Notes: generated by a model from the letters alone, not told the origin. DNA of 64,000 bases from Candidatus Limnocylindrales bacterium (GCA_038214375.1 JBBQRX010000006.1:39979-103978); one strand, 5' to 3'; shown: positions 40,869 through 50,545, numbered from the stretch's first letter. Numbers and translations are program-made.

Positions 40869-41500
40869 CTACTTCCTGATGTACATCATCACCGGCGGGA
40901 TCATGCCAGCTCGCTCCGCCGCTGCCGTCAGCTCCGGAGACATGGAGCCCTGAGCTGCGGAAGGCTTCCACGTCGGGGACATCCCATGTGCTGGCGACCT
41001 GGTTGCTCCCATCCATGGCGACGTAGCTGGATCCGTCGGACGCGCGAGCGGGTCGCCGGTAAGCGGCAGGATCGCCCCGGGCCGCGATGTTCTTCTGGCG
41101 GGAACCGAACCGCAGTGGACGATCCGGAGTGACAGATGGCCGAGGAAGGGCCGCAGGTCCTCGGGCTCGAGCTGCGAGATGTGGGCAAGGACGAGGACCT
41201 CGAGCCCGGGCGCATCGGCAACGGGCCGGAGATCCCGTGACCCTTCATGGTGTCGATGTGGAACCACCGGAGCGCCGGGCTCTCGCGGAACGACGGCAGC
41301 AACGCGGTCGAGCTGGTCGATTCGAGGATGAGCCAGCGCAGGTGTGGCATCCGCGCCAGCGGCGCGAGATCGTGCGGCACGCGGAGCCGGTACAGCTCGG
41401 TCAGTTCGAGTCGGCCGATCTCCGGGTGCAGCTCCAGCGAGCGCACGGTGCCGAGGCCGATGTGAAGGCGCTCAAGGCGTTCGAACCGGCGGAGCAGATC
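40869..41500 (-). pseudogene. leucine-rich-repeat-like gene remnant, frameshifted
   Basis: LRR-like periodicity (LERLHIGLGTVRSLELHPEIGRLELTELYRLRV...LRWLILES...) in ORF 40928..42028 continues in another frame (DLRPVADAPGLEVLVLAHISQLEPEDLRPFLGHLS) in ORF 40869..41267. No clear start. Confidence 0.3.
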
Positions 41501-41681
41501 TGTTCGATGGATCCGATCCCGAGCTGCCGCAGGCTCGTGAACCGGCTGGTCGTGTCGATGTCGGTCGAGGTCCCGCTGATGCCCTGACCCGAAGCGGTAT
41601 CTGCCCGAACCTGTAATGATCCGCGCCCGGGCCGCAATGTCGGCCGGACGGACAGGCGCCCTGCTGGTGCCGGAGGAATCG

Positions 41682-42320
41682 ATGCAGCCTTCCCTGGCTC
41701 GGAATGTCCACCGCCGCGGCGTCGCACCGGTGATCGCGTTGTGCGCCTCGCTTCTCGTGGCGGCATGCTCAGGCGCCGCCTCGCCCGGTGCGTCCGCGCC
41801 ATCCGCTCCGGCCGCGACCGTGGCACCCGCTGGCCAGGCCTCGAGCGCGCCGGCGGGCGGTGCTGGCGCGTCGTCGGGCTGCCCAGGCAACGCGTTGATC
41901 CACTTCTGCGGACACGCCGCGATAAGCGGTGGCGTTGTCGCGGAGGCGGACGTCACCGCGAGCTGGCCGGCGTTCGGGATCAAGGACTGCGCGGGCTGGC
42001 TGGAATGTAACAGCGACGATCGGACCATGGTCTACCTGCCCAGTCCCGATTACTCCGCCGCGTTCACCATCTCCGCCGCCATTCAACACTACAAGGGTCC
42101 CGGGACGTACGACGTCAAGGACCTCGTGGGCAAATTCGGGCCTTTCCAGGTGGAGGTCGGGGCGAACGGCTGGACCCCCGGGAGCGCGACGACCGGCTCC
42201 ATGACGGTCAAGGCCGACGGCTCCGGGACCGTTCAGGCCAAGGGCCTTGAGCCCGTGGGCGACGTCAACACGATCCAGAAGCCGGTCGACGTCACCGAGT
42301 CGTGGACCTGCGTGAACTGA
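41682..42320 (+). CDS. hypothetical lipoprotein
   Basis: GGAGGA SD. MQPSLARNVHRRGVAPVIALCASLLVAACSG lipobox, Ala/Ser/Pro linker, Cys-containing globular domain. Confidence 0.6.
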   Translation: MQPSLARNVHRRGVAPVIALCASLLVAACSGAASPGASAPSAPAATVAPAGQASSAPAGGAGASSGCPGNALIHFCGHAAISGGVVAEADVTASWPAFGIKDCAGWLECNSDDRTMVYLPSPDYSAAFTISAAIQHYKGPGTYDVKDLVGKFGPFQVEVGANGWTPGSATTGSMTVKADGSGTVQAKGLEPVGDVNTIQKPVDVTESWTCVN

Positions 42321-42380
42321 CCGGGGATATGCGGCCTCCCTGGGCGACGAGGCCGCGGCCCTGCCGGATCGCGGCCCCGC

Positions 42381-42575
42381 CTCCGGCGTCAATGGCCCGA
42401 ACCGTAGGAGCTCTACGAGCTCCGAGCGAGCGCCGATCTCCCACGGCGCCCGCCGGCGGTACGTGAGGTCGTAGAGCCAGACTGGCGGCATCAGGCACGA
42501 CGTCCGTCGGCCGTCGTCCAGCTAGAAGACCCTTGCCGCAGACCGTGCTTGATGCTCCGTCCGTCACCCACGCCC
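42381..42575. repeat. second copy of the 195-bp segment; includes a dead 5' fragment (about 37 codons, 42381-42491, minus strand) of a methyltransferase paralogue
   Basis: Minus-strand translation MPPVWLYDLTYRRRAPWEIGARSELVELL... matches the N-terminus of the 36581..37216 product, then homology stops. Confidence 0.7.
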
Positions 42576-43076
42576 TTAACTCCTCGAAGCGGTCGCGCCG
42601 GGTCTCGTGCTGGACGCATGGTTCGGAATGATCGTCCACGGCGCACTCGGCTCCCGTCGCGACTGGTGGCTCAGGTGGCACCCGCGTCATGACGAGCCCG
42701 TATTGACACGCAGTCACCGGAGGTCCACCTTTGAGCGCGGATGGCTACGTATCGTCGCCGTTGATCCGGTGCGGCGCCCATCTGGTCCAAGGCCAAGGGC
42801 CCATCGAGGCGATGCGTGGAGACCGGCGATCGCGGCGCAAGAAGGTCAGTGGCAGTCCCAGCGACCCGCGGGAGTGCGGCCTCGAAGGCGACCAGGGCAC
42901 GAGTCGCTCCGCGCGACGCAGGAGCGAACGGCACCGGCGGAGTAAAGGCGCCAAAGCCGCGACCGAGTGAGGAAAGCCAGGAATCCTCGGCTCAGAACCG
43001 AGGCCTGCATCGAAGCCGCCCTCGACGCGATGGTCCGCCCGACCGCGCCGCCAGTCCCGGTCCCAGGCGGCCGGTA

Positions 43077-46000
43077 ATGGCTCGTCCGACCAAGCGACGG
43101 GGCGCCATCCTCGTCGTTGACGATGACGCGGCCGTTCGCGCGCTCATCGGGACGCACCTCCGCCGGCAAGGCTTCGAGGTTCGCGAAGCGACGGACGGCG
43201 AGCTGGCCCTGGGCATGATCGAAGAGGAGGCCTTCGCCCTCGTCATCCTCGACATGAACATGCCCGGAATGTCCGGTGCCGATGTCGTGCGGCGGCTCCG
43301 GGAGCACCTCGAAACGGAGGCCCTCCCGGTCCTGATCCTGACCGGCAAGAGCGACAAGTACCCGCTTGTCGAAAGTCTGGCGATCGGCGCGGACGGCTAC
43401 CTCACGAAGCCGATCCGTCTCGACGAGCTCACGGCCCTCGTTCGGGCGCGGTTGCGGATCGACCGCGCCTCGGCCCAAAAAGCCCTCCGCGAAAATGAGG
43501 GGTTCTACCGGACGCTCGTCGAAGGGTCCGCCGATGGCATCCTGGTCTCGGACGCGAGCGGCCGCTACGTCGAGGCGAACGCGGCCATCTACCGGATGCT
43601 CGGCTACTCGCGCGACGAGATCCTCGCGAGGTACTCGCCAAACCTGAGCGCAACCGACGATCCGCTGACTCCTGCCGACATGGACGAGCGGCTGGCGGAG
43701 ACGCAGGCCGGAACCGGCCTCCTCGTCGAGCGGCGGTACCGGCGCAAGGATGGAACCAGCCTGCCGGCCGAGGTCAGCTACACGGTCCTCCCCGACGGCC
43801 GCCTGCAGCGCACCATCCGCGACATCACCGTGCGCCTCGCGGCCGACGCCGAACAGGCTCGCCTCACCGCGAGCCTCCGCGAAAGCGAGCGAACGCTTCG
43901 CGAGAGCGAACGCAACCTCGCGGAAGCACAACGAATCGCCCATGTAGGCAGCTGGGAGCGTGACCTCGGGACAGGGGCGGTCCGATGGTCAGAGGAGACG
44001 CGCCTGATCCTCGGCCTGGAGCCGGGCAGGACCCAGGGGACGATCGACGACTTCCTCGCCTTCGTGCATCCCGACGATCGAGACCGGGCAGCCGCGAGCC
44101 AATCGGACCTCCACGCCTCGTGGACGCCGACCGAGCGGGAGTACCGGATCATTCGGCCGGATCGTTCGACCCGTCACCTTCGCGAACGTGCAGAGGTCAT
44201 CCGAGACGCCGCGGGAACCCCGCTTCGGTATGTCGGCTCGACCCAGGATGTGACCGACGAGGTCGCGGCCGAGGCAGAACGGGCGAGCCTTGTCACAGCC
44301 CTGCGGACGTCCGAGGCACAGTTGCGGACCGCCCTCGACACGATGGTCGACGGCGTGGCCATCCACCGCGCGATCCGCGACGATCAGGGCCGGATCATCG
44401 ACTTCGTGATCGACTACGCGAACACGGCGGTCGTCGCGACGAGAGCCATCGCTGGCAGCCTGCGGGTGGGTCGCACGCTCCTCGAGCTGTTCCCCGCCGA
44501 CCGCACCAACGGGCTCTTCGACGCCTACGTCAGCGTGGTCGAGACGGGAGCCCCCTTCGAAACCGACGACTTCCCGTATGTCGAGCCCGACGCGGCCAGC
44601 GGCGTCTCCGAGCAGGTGCTCGACCTGCGGGCGGCGAGGCTTGGCGATGGACTGATCATCGTGGTGCGCGACGTCACGTCGCGCCATCGCGCCGAGTTCG
44701 AGATGCGGCGCCTGGCCCATGCGATCGAGCAATCGGCGGACGCCGTCATGATCACCGACGGCGATGCCCGAATCGAGTACGTCAACTCGGCGTTCGAGCA
44801 GGTCAGCGGCTACACCCGCAACGAGGTCCTGGGTCAGAACCCACGCATCGTCAAGAGCGGCATCCAGGGACCCGCCTTCTACGCGGCGATGTGGGCTGCC
44901 CTCTCGGGCGGCCAGTCGTTCGTCGCCGAGCTGACGAACCGCCGCAAGGACGGCAGCCTCTACCAGGAGGAGGCCGTGATCTCTCCGATCCGCGACAACG
45001 GCGGCAAGATCACGAGCTACGTCGCGGTCAGCCGTGATGTCACCCGCGAACGCGCCCGCGAGGCCGAGCAGGAGCGGCGCGCCCGCGAGCGGGCGATCAT
45101 CGGCGGGACGTTGGCCGCAATCCGGCCAGGGGCGACGGCCGAGGCGACGGCCGAGCTGATCTGTCGACAGGTGGCCAGCATGACCGAGGTCGCCTCGGCC
45201 GCTATCCACTACTTCGCCATCGATCGGCGGGCGACGCCCCTGGCGATGGTGCGGGCTGACGGCGGGCCCGTCCCGATGCTTTCGCTCCCGGCCCGGCGAA
45301 GCGAGACCCTGCGCCAGCGGGCTGCCGAGGGTCCGTGGGTCGAGGCGTGGGCTGATCGGCCCGGGACTCGGAACCAGCGGATGATGCACGGCCTCGGCCT
45401 CTCGGCGATCGCCCGGGTTCCGATCAACCACGACGGACAGCTCATCGGGATCCTCGCCGCGACCTCGGCCGCATCCGATGCGATCGCGGGGTTGACCGAG
45501 CACCTGCCCGCCCTCCTCGAGTTCGCGGGGATCGCCGGTGCGCTCGTCGGTGCGCGTGTCATCGACCTGACGGAGGGCGGCCGGCTCCGGGCTCGCGTGG
45601 AGCGGATCATCGCGTCCTGCGCGTTCTCGCCGGTCTTCCAGCCCATCGTGGACATCACCAGCGGCGAGCACGTCGGATATGAGGCGCTCACCCGATTCTC
45701 GGAGGGCATTCGCCCGGACCTCGTCTTCGCCGACGCGAGTGCTGCTGGGGTCGGCCTGGAGCTCGAGGCGGCGACCCTCGCGGCTTCGGTGGAAGCCTCT
45801 GCTGGGTTGCCGGGCGGCGCCTGGCTCAGTCTCAACGTCTCGCCGCACCTCGTGGTCGCCGGCGATCTCCTCGCCCGGCTCCTCGGGGGTGCGCACCGAC
45901 CCGTCGTGCTGGAGGTGACCGAGCACACGCCGGTCGGCAGCTACCCGGAGCTACGTGCGGCTCTCACCCGCCTCGGATTGGGTGTCCGCGTGGCCGTCGA

Positions 46001-46295
46001 CGATGCCGGCACAGGGGTGGCCAACTTCAGCCACATCGTCGAACTTCGGCCTGCGTTCGTGAAGCTCGACATCAGCCTCGTTCGTGGCGTCGACTCGGAT
46101 CTCACCTGTCAGGCCCTTATCGTCGGACTGCAGCACTTTGCCCGGGAGTCTTCGAGCGAGGTGATTGCCGAAGGGGTCGAAACGGCGGAGGAGCTGGCCG
46201 CCCTGCGAACGTTGGGTGTCCGGTTGGTGCAGGGATACCTCCTCGGGCGGCCGGAGCCGGTGATCCTCGCCGCGGCGCCCACCGTGGTGGTCTGA
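43077..46295 (+). CDS. response-regulator receiver / 4x PAS / GAF-like / EAL-domain protein (predicted c-di-GMP phosphodiesterase, no GGDEF)
   Basis: REC domain: ILVVDDD...ALVILDMNMPGMSG...LTGK. Four PAS-like modules. EAL blocks: YEALTRF, LEVTEH, AVDDAGTG, FVKLDISLV, AEGVET, VQGYLLGRP. ATG 43077 lies within ORF 42816... Confidence 0.85.
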   Translation: MARPTKRRGAILVVDDDAAVRALIGTHLRRQGFEVREATDGELALGMIEEEAFALVILDMNMPGMSGADVVRRLREHLETEALPVLILTGKSDKYPLVESLAIGADGYLTKPIRLDELTALVRARLRIDRASAQKALRENEGFYRTLVEGSADGILVSDASGRYVEANAAIYRMLGYSRDEILARYSPNLSATDDPLTPADMDERLAETQAGTGLLVERRYRRKDGTSLPAEVSYTVLPDGRLQRTIRDITVRLAADAEQARLTASLRESERTLRESERNLAEAQRIAHVGSWERDLGTGAVRWSEETRLILGLEPGRTQGTIDDFLAFVHPDDRDRAAASQSDLHASWTPTEREYRIIRPDRSTRHLRERAEVIRDAAGTPLRYVGSTQDVTDEVAAEAERASLVTALRTSEAQLRTALDTMVDGVAIHRAIRDDQGRIIDFVIDYANTAVVATRAIAGSLRVGRTLLELFPADRTNGLFDAYVSVVETGAPFETDDFPYVEPDAASGVSEQVLDLRAARLGDGLIIVVRDVTSRHRAEFEMRRLAHAIEQSADAVMITDGDARIEYVNSAFEQVSGYTRNEVLGQNPRIVKSGIQGPAFYAAMWAALSGGQSFVAELTNRRKDGSLYQEEAVISPIRDNGGKITSYVAVSRDVTRERAREAEQERRARERAIIGGTLAAIRPGATAEATAELICRQVASMTEVASAAIHYFAIDRRATPLAMVRADGGPVPMLSLPARRSETLRQRAAEGPWVEAWADRPGTRNQRMMHGLGLSAIARVPINHDGQLIGILAATSAASDAIAGLTEHLPALLEFAGIAGALVGARVIDLTEGGRLRARVERIIASCAFSPVFQPIVDITSGEHVGYEALTRFSEGIRPDLVFADASAAGVGLELEAATLAASVEASAGLPGGAWLSLNVSPHLVVAGDLLARLLGGAHRPVVLEVTEHTPVGSYPELRAALTRLGLGVRVAVDDAGTGVANFSHIVELRPAFVKLDISLVRGVDSDLTCQALIVGLQHFARESSSEVIAEGVETAEELAALRTLGVRLVQGYLLGRPEPVILAAAPTVVV

Positions 46296-46465
46296 CCAGG
46301 AGCTGGATCGAGCGGGGCGCATCGACTCGCCTCCCGGCCAGGAGACCGTGGACGTCCGCCAGTGGGGTGCCGACGAGCCGGCCGATCGCGTTGCGGGATC
46401 GCGCCATCCGCCGCCGCCCGGCACGCGAAGTACCGATGAACCCCGTGGACAAGGAGCCCGACCCG

Positions 46466-47329
46466 ATGACTTCTCTCACCGCCGACGCGGGCAGCGTCGC
46501 GACCGAACGCAGCGAAGGGACGGCCATTCCAGCCGCCAGGAGCCGTTCGCTCCGGCGCTGGAACCGGGGCCTGACATTCGCGCACGGCCTGCAGTTCGTG
46601 GCGATGATCGCGATCTCCGCGACCACCGTCCGGTTCGAGCCGGTCGTGCCGACCATCCGGCCGATCATCGAGAATGGGAAGTTCACCGGCGTCGAGCCGT
46701 CGAGCGTGGTTCTGTTCTCCGTGCCGCTCGTGTTCGTGATCGCCTCGTTCTTCCTCATGAGCGCGATCGCCCACGCGTCCGCAGGCTGGTTCCTGCGCGG
46801 TCGCTACGAGGGGTTCCTGGCGCGTGGGATGAACCCGCTGCGCTGGGTCGAGTACGCGTTCTCATCGACGGTGATGATCGTGGCGATCGCCTATCTGAGC
46901 TACATCACCGACTTCCCCGCGCTGGTCGCAATCGCGGGTGCCAACGTGGCCATGATCCTCTTCGGCTGGAGCATGGAGGCCGCCAACGAGGGGCGCCTGA
47001 TGAAGGGCGAGCCCATCGACTGGAAGCACTTCATCTTCGGGTGCATCGCGGGCGCCGTCCCGTGGATCGCGATCTTCTCGATCCTGTGGGCCTATTCCGC
47101 GCAGGACGGGCTCTCGGCGGACGCCGGCATCCCTGCCTTCGTCTACGTGATCATCGGCAGCCTGTTCGTGGCATTCAACATCTTCGCGATCACGATGGTC
47201 CTTCAATACCGGAAGGTCGGCCGCTGGAGCGACTACCTGTACGGCGAGAAGACCTACATGGTCCTGAGCCTGGTCGCGAAGTCGCTCCTCGCCTGGCAGG
47301 TCTGGTCCGGCACGCTGCGCCCATCCTGA
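46466..47329 (+). CDS. heliorhodopsin (7-TM retinal protein)
   Basis: AAGGAG lies 9 nt upstream of ATG 46466. Blocks NPLRWVEYAFSSTVMIV (Glu codon 46850-46852), AMILFGW, FGCIAGAVPWI, IPAFVYVIIGSLF and YMVLSLVAKSLLAWQVWSGTL (Lys codon 47279-47281) match my recollection of heliorhodopsin 48C12. Confidence 0.85.
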   Translation: MTSLTADAGSVATERSEGTAIPAARSRSLRRWNRGLTFAHGLQFVAMIAISATTVRFEPVVPTIRPIIENGKFTGVEPSSVVLFSVPLVFVIASFFLMSAIAHASAGWFLRGRYEGFLARGMNPLRWVEYAFSSTVMIVAIAYLSYITDFPALVAIAGANVAMILFGWSMEAANEGRLMKGEPIDWKHFIFGCIAGAVPWIAIFSILWAYSAQDGLSADAGIPAFVYVIIGSLFVAFNIFAITMVLQYRKVGRWSDYLYGEKTYMVLSLVAKSLLAWQVWSGTLRPS

Positions 47330-47370
47330 CCGAGGCCCTGCCCTTGGTGGAGCCCTCGAGGGCGGTGATC

Positions 47371-48183
47371 ATGAGTGATACGAACGAGATCGGCACCTGG
47401 CACTACGGGCTCATTGCGCGGTGGTGGGCCGAGTTCAACTTGCCGGAGCCCGCAGAGGCCGCCTACTACGAGGCGGCGATCCGCCGGTTTGGCGAGCCGG
47501 CGCTCGACCTGGGATGCGGGACGGGCAGAATCCTCGTGCCCATGCTGGCAGCGGGACTCGATGTCGATGGCGTCGATGTCTCGCCCGACATGATCGCCTA
47601 CGCGAGGAGCCGGTCGCTGCAGGCCGGATTCACACCTGCCCTCGCCGCCCAGCCGCTGCACGAGCTCGACCTGCCGCGAACCTACCGGACCATCTACGTC
47701 TGCGGCGTCTTCGGGCTCGGGGGCCGGCGCGACAACGACCGCGAGGGCCTGCGGCGGGCGTACCGGCACCTGGCGCCGGGCGGTGCCCTGGTCCTCTGGC
47801 ACGAGCTGCCGTGGGCCGGTCAGGACGAGCAGGGATGGGCGCGGTGGCTGCCAGGACGTCGCGTCGGGATCCCGCGAGCGTGGCCGGCCGAGGGCGACCG
47901 ACGGCGTGCCGCCGATGGCGACGAGATCGAGCTCGTCAGCCGCCTGGTCTCGTTCGATCCCCTGGCCCAACGGCAGGAGCTCGAGATCCGGGCTCGCCTC
48001 TGGCGCGCCGGTGAGCTCGTGCGGGAAGAGACCCACAACCTCAGCGAGAACCTGTACTTCGCGCAGGAGCTGCTGCTGCTCCTCGACGAGGCGGGGTTTC
48101 GAGACGTCACGGTCCAAGCGGCCTATACCGATCGACCGGCCACGGCCGAGGACGAGACCGTGGTGATCGTGGCGCGGCGCTGA
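47371..48183 (+). CDS. class I SAM-dependent methyltransferase
   Basis: Motif I ALDLGCGTGRIL and DVDGVDVSPDM. Starts 41 nt after the heliorhodopsin stop. Confidence 0.8.
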   Translation: MSDTNEIGTWHYGLIARWWAEFNLPEPAEAAYYEAAIRRFGEPALDLGCGTGRILVPMLAAGLDVDGVDVSPDMIAYARSRSLQAGFTPALAAQPLHELDLPRTYRTIYVCGVFGLGGRRDNDREGLRRAYRHLAPGGALVLWHELPWAGQDEQGWARWLPGRRVGIPRAWPAEGDRRRAADGDEIELVSRLVSFDPLAQRQELEIRARLWRAGELVREETHNLSENLYFAQELLLLLDEAGFRDVTVQAAYTDRPATAEDETVVIVARR

Positions 48184-48254
48184 TCGCCGATCCGCGCGCC
48201 GCCCCGGACCGCGCCCGCGCGCCGGACGTCCGCGCCGATGGCACAATCGACCCC

Positions 48255-48908
48255 ATGACCTGCTGCGCACCGGGAGGCTCCCCGTTCGACCGCCAGTTCG
48301 ATCCTCGTCACGCCGCCCGCCACCTGCGCGCGTACCGGCGCAACGGGGCCGTCGGCCTGACCCGGGCGCTGGTCGAGGCACTCGCAGGCGACGGGATCCG
48401 TGGCCAGACCGTGCTGGAGATCGGCGGCGGCGTCGGGGCAGTGCACCATGACCTCCTGCGGGCGGGCGCCGCGACCGCCGTCGACGTGGACGCATCACGG
48501 GCGTACGTCGCCGTCGCGCGGGAAGAAGCCGTGCGCCAGGGCCACGCCGACCGCGTCCGCTACGTGATCGGCGACCTCGTCGCCGTCGCTGACGATCTCG
48601 AGCCGGCCGACGTCGTCGCGCTGGACCGGGTCGTGTGCTGCTACTGGGACATGGCAGCACTCGTCAGTCGATCGGCATCCCTCGCGCGCCACCGGTACGG
48701 GCTCGTCTACCCGCGCGATACGTGGCTCGGCCGGGTTGGCGTCGCGCTTCTGAATGCCCAGCTGCGCCTGTCGCGTTCCCCGTTTCGCGTGTATGCCCAC
48801 CGGACGGCGGAGGTCGAAGCGATCCTCGCGGCCAACGGCCTCGTCGAGCGCCTCCACCGCACCACGCGTGTCTGGCAGCTGGCGGTCTATGAGCGGCCCG
48901 CACCGTGA
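48255..48908 (+). CDS. SAM-dependent methyltransferase-like protein
   Basis: Motif I VLEIGGGVGAVH and an acidic loop AVDVD. N-terminal CC motif (MTCCAPGG). Confidence 0.65.
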   Translation: MTCCAPGGSPFDRQFDPRHAARHLRAYRRNGAVGLTRALVEALAGDGIRGQTVLEIGGGVGAVHHDLLRAGAATAVDVDASRAYVAVAREEAVRQGHADRVRYVIGDLVAVADDLEPADVVALDRVVCCYWDMAALVSRSASLARHRYGLVYPRDTWLGRVGVALLNAQLRLSRSPFRVYAHRTAEVEAILAANGLVERLHRTTRVWQLAVYERPAP

Positions 48909-49046
48909 GACGGCGCCCCACCTGATCGGGTGAGACTCCTCGTCGCCTTGCGACAGGGGCGCGAGCTCATCGTGGTCAGCGGTGCCCGGCGGTGTACCGT
49001 GGGCGGCTCCGGCGGGTGCGATCTGCCACCGGTCGTGGGCGGTTTC

Positions 49047-49616
49047 ATGCAGGGGGTTGTCTTGAAGCGTGTCGTCGTGATCGTCGGCCTGGCTGCGGCC
49101 ATGCTTGTCGCGGGCTGTGGCGGGTCCGGCTCGGGCAGCCCGGCGGCGACCGGGCAGGCGTCGGCGACACCTGCAGCGTCGGCATCCACGGGCTCGTCGG
49201 CCGACCTCTCGACCCAGTTCGGCGGCGACGTCTGCACGGCGCTCACCAGGGCGGAGATCGAAGCCGCGACCTATCCCCAGGGTTCGGCGACCTTCGCGAG
49301 CACGGACACCCAGAAGGACGCGACGACTGGCAAGCCCGTCGTGTGCCAGTACCTCGTCACCTTCGATGGGAAGCCGTCGATCGTCGGCGCCGCCGTCTCC
49401 CTGATGGACGACACGGAGTTCGGGACGCGCGCCGAAACCTCGCTCATCGCGCCGCCCGAGCCGCTCCCAGGGATCGGCACCGAGGCATACGTCGTGCTCC
49501 CGGCGCCGGGCCTGATCGAAGTCTGGGTCACCGGCGCACACGGCCATTTCAAGATCGGCGCGCAGGCGAGGGAGACGGCCATCGCGTTCGCCACCCTCGC
49601 TGCCGGGCGCGACTGA
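49047..49616 (+). CDS. hypothetical lipoprotein
   Basis: MQGVVLKRVVVIVGLAAAMLVAGCGG lipobox, then a Ser/Gly/Ala linker. Confidence 0.6.
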   Translation: MQGVVLKRVVVIVGLAAAMLVAGCGGSGSGSPAATGQASATPAASASTGSSADLSTQFGGDVCTALTRAEIEAATYPQGSATFASTDTQKDATTGKPVVCQYLVTFDGKPSIVGAAVSLMDDTEFGTRAETSLIAPPEPLPGIGTEAYVVLPAPGLIEVWVTGAHGHFKIGAQARETAIAFATLAAGRD

Positions 49617-49621
49617 GGACG

Positions 49622-50545
49622 TTGACCGACGGTCCAGCCCAGCGCCGCGCCGACCTGTACGATTCGCGGGTGGATCGGGGTCCATCGGACTACGCACTGC
49701 TCGACTTTGGCGCCGGCCGCCGGCTCGACCGATTCGGTGGCGTGGTCCTTGATCGCCCGGCGCCGGGTGTTGCCAACGTCGCACAGCTCGACCCGGGGGC
49801 GTGGAGGTCCGCTGCGGCGCGGTTCGGTCGTGCCGCCGGCGCCCACGATCTCGCCGGTTGGGACACGCCCGATGCCATGCCGTCCGCGTGGGAGGTCGCG
49901 ATCGACGGCCTGCGCCTCGAGCTTCGTCCGACGCCGGCCGGCCAGGTGGGCCTCTTCCCGGACCACATCGAAGCTGCGGCATGGGCGGCCGCGCGCAGCC
50001 TGGAGCTCGGGGCCCGGCTCGGCAGGCCGCTCGACGTTCTCAATCTCTTCGCGCACACCGGGCTCACGACGCTCGCGCTCGCTCGTGCCGGCGCCCGTGT
50101 CACGCACGTGGACGCGTCGCGGCCCGCGGTCGCGTGGGCCCGACGGAACGCGACCCTCGCGCGCCTCGACGAGGCGCCCGTACGATGGATCATCGAGGAC
50201 GCTCGCACCTTCGTCGCCCGCGAGACGCGCCGGGGCCGCCGCTACGACGCGGTGGTGCTCGATCCGCCGACGTACGGGCATCCGCCCGGTGGGGGTCCTG
50301 CCTGGCACCTCGAGACGGACCTCGCCGAGCTGCTCTCGGGCTGTGCGGCGCTGACCGACGCAGCGCCCGGGCTCTTCCTCCTGACCGCGCACACCGCCGG
50401 GCTCGACCCCGCGGAGCTGCGTGCCCGAGTCGCCGGCGCGTTCGGCGCGGGGCTCGCGAGCCGCGCCGAGGTTGTCGCGCTCGGCGCGCGCCGTCCCGAT
50501 GGCCGGCAGCTGCCGGCGGGCTTCGCGATCCGGTGGACCACGTGA
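49622..50545 (+). CDS. class I SAM-dependent (RlmI/RlmK-like) RNA methyltransferase
   Basis: NLFAHTGLTTLA (motif I-like), VVLDPPTYG (DPP motif IV). TTG 49622 is the first in-frame start after the lipoprotein stop; the start is uncertain. Confidence 0.65.
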   Translation: MTDGPAQRRADLYDSRVDRGPSDYALLDFGAGRRLDRFGGVVLDRPAPGVANVAQLDPGAWRSAAARFGRAAGAHDLAGWDTPDAMPSAWEVAIDGLRLELRPTPAGQVGLFPDHIEAAAWAAARSLELGARLGRPLDVLNLFAHTGLTTLALARAGARVTHVDASRPAVAWARRNATLARLDEAPVRWIIEDARTFVARETRRGRRYDAVVLDPPTYGHPPGGGPAWHLETDLAELLSGCAALTDAAPGLFLLTAHTAGLDPAELRARVAGAFGAGLASRAEVVALGARRPDGRQLPAGFAIRWTT

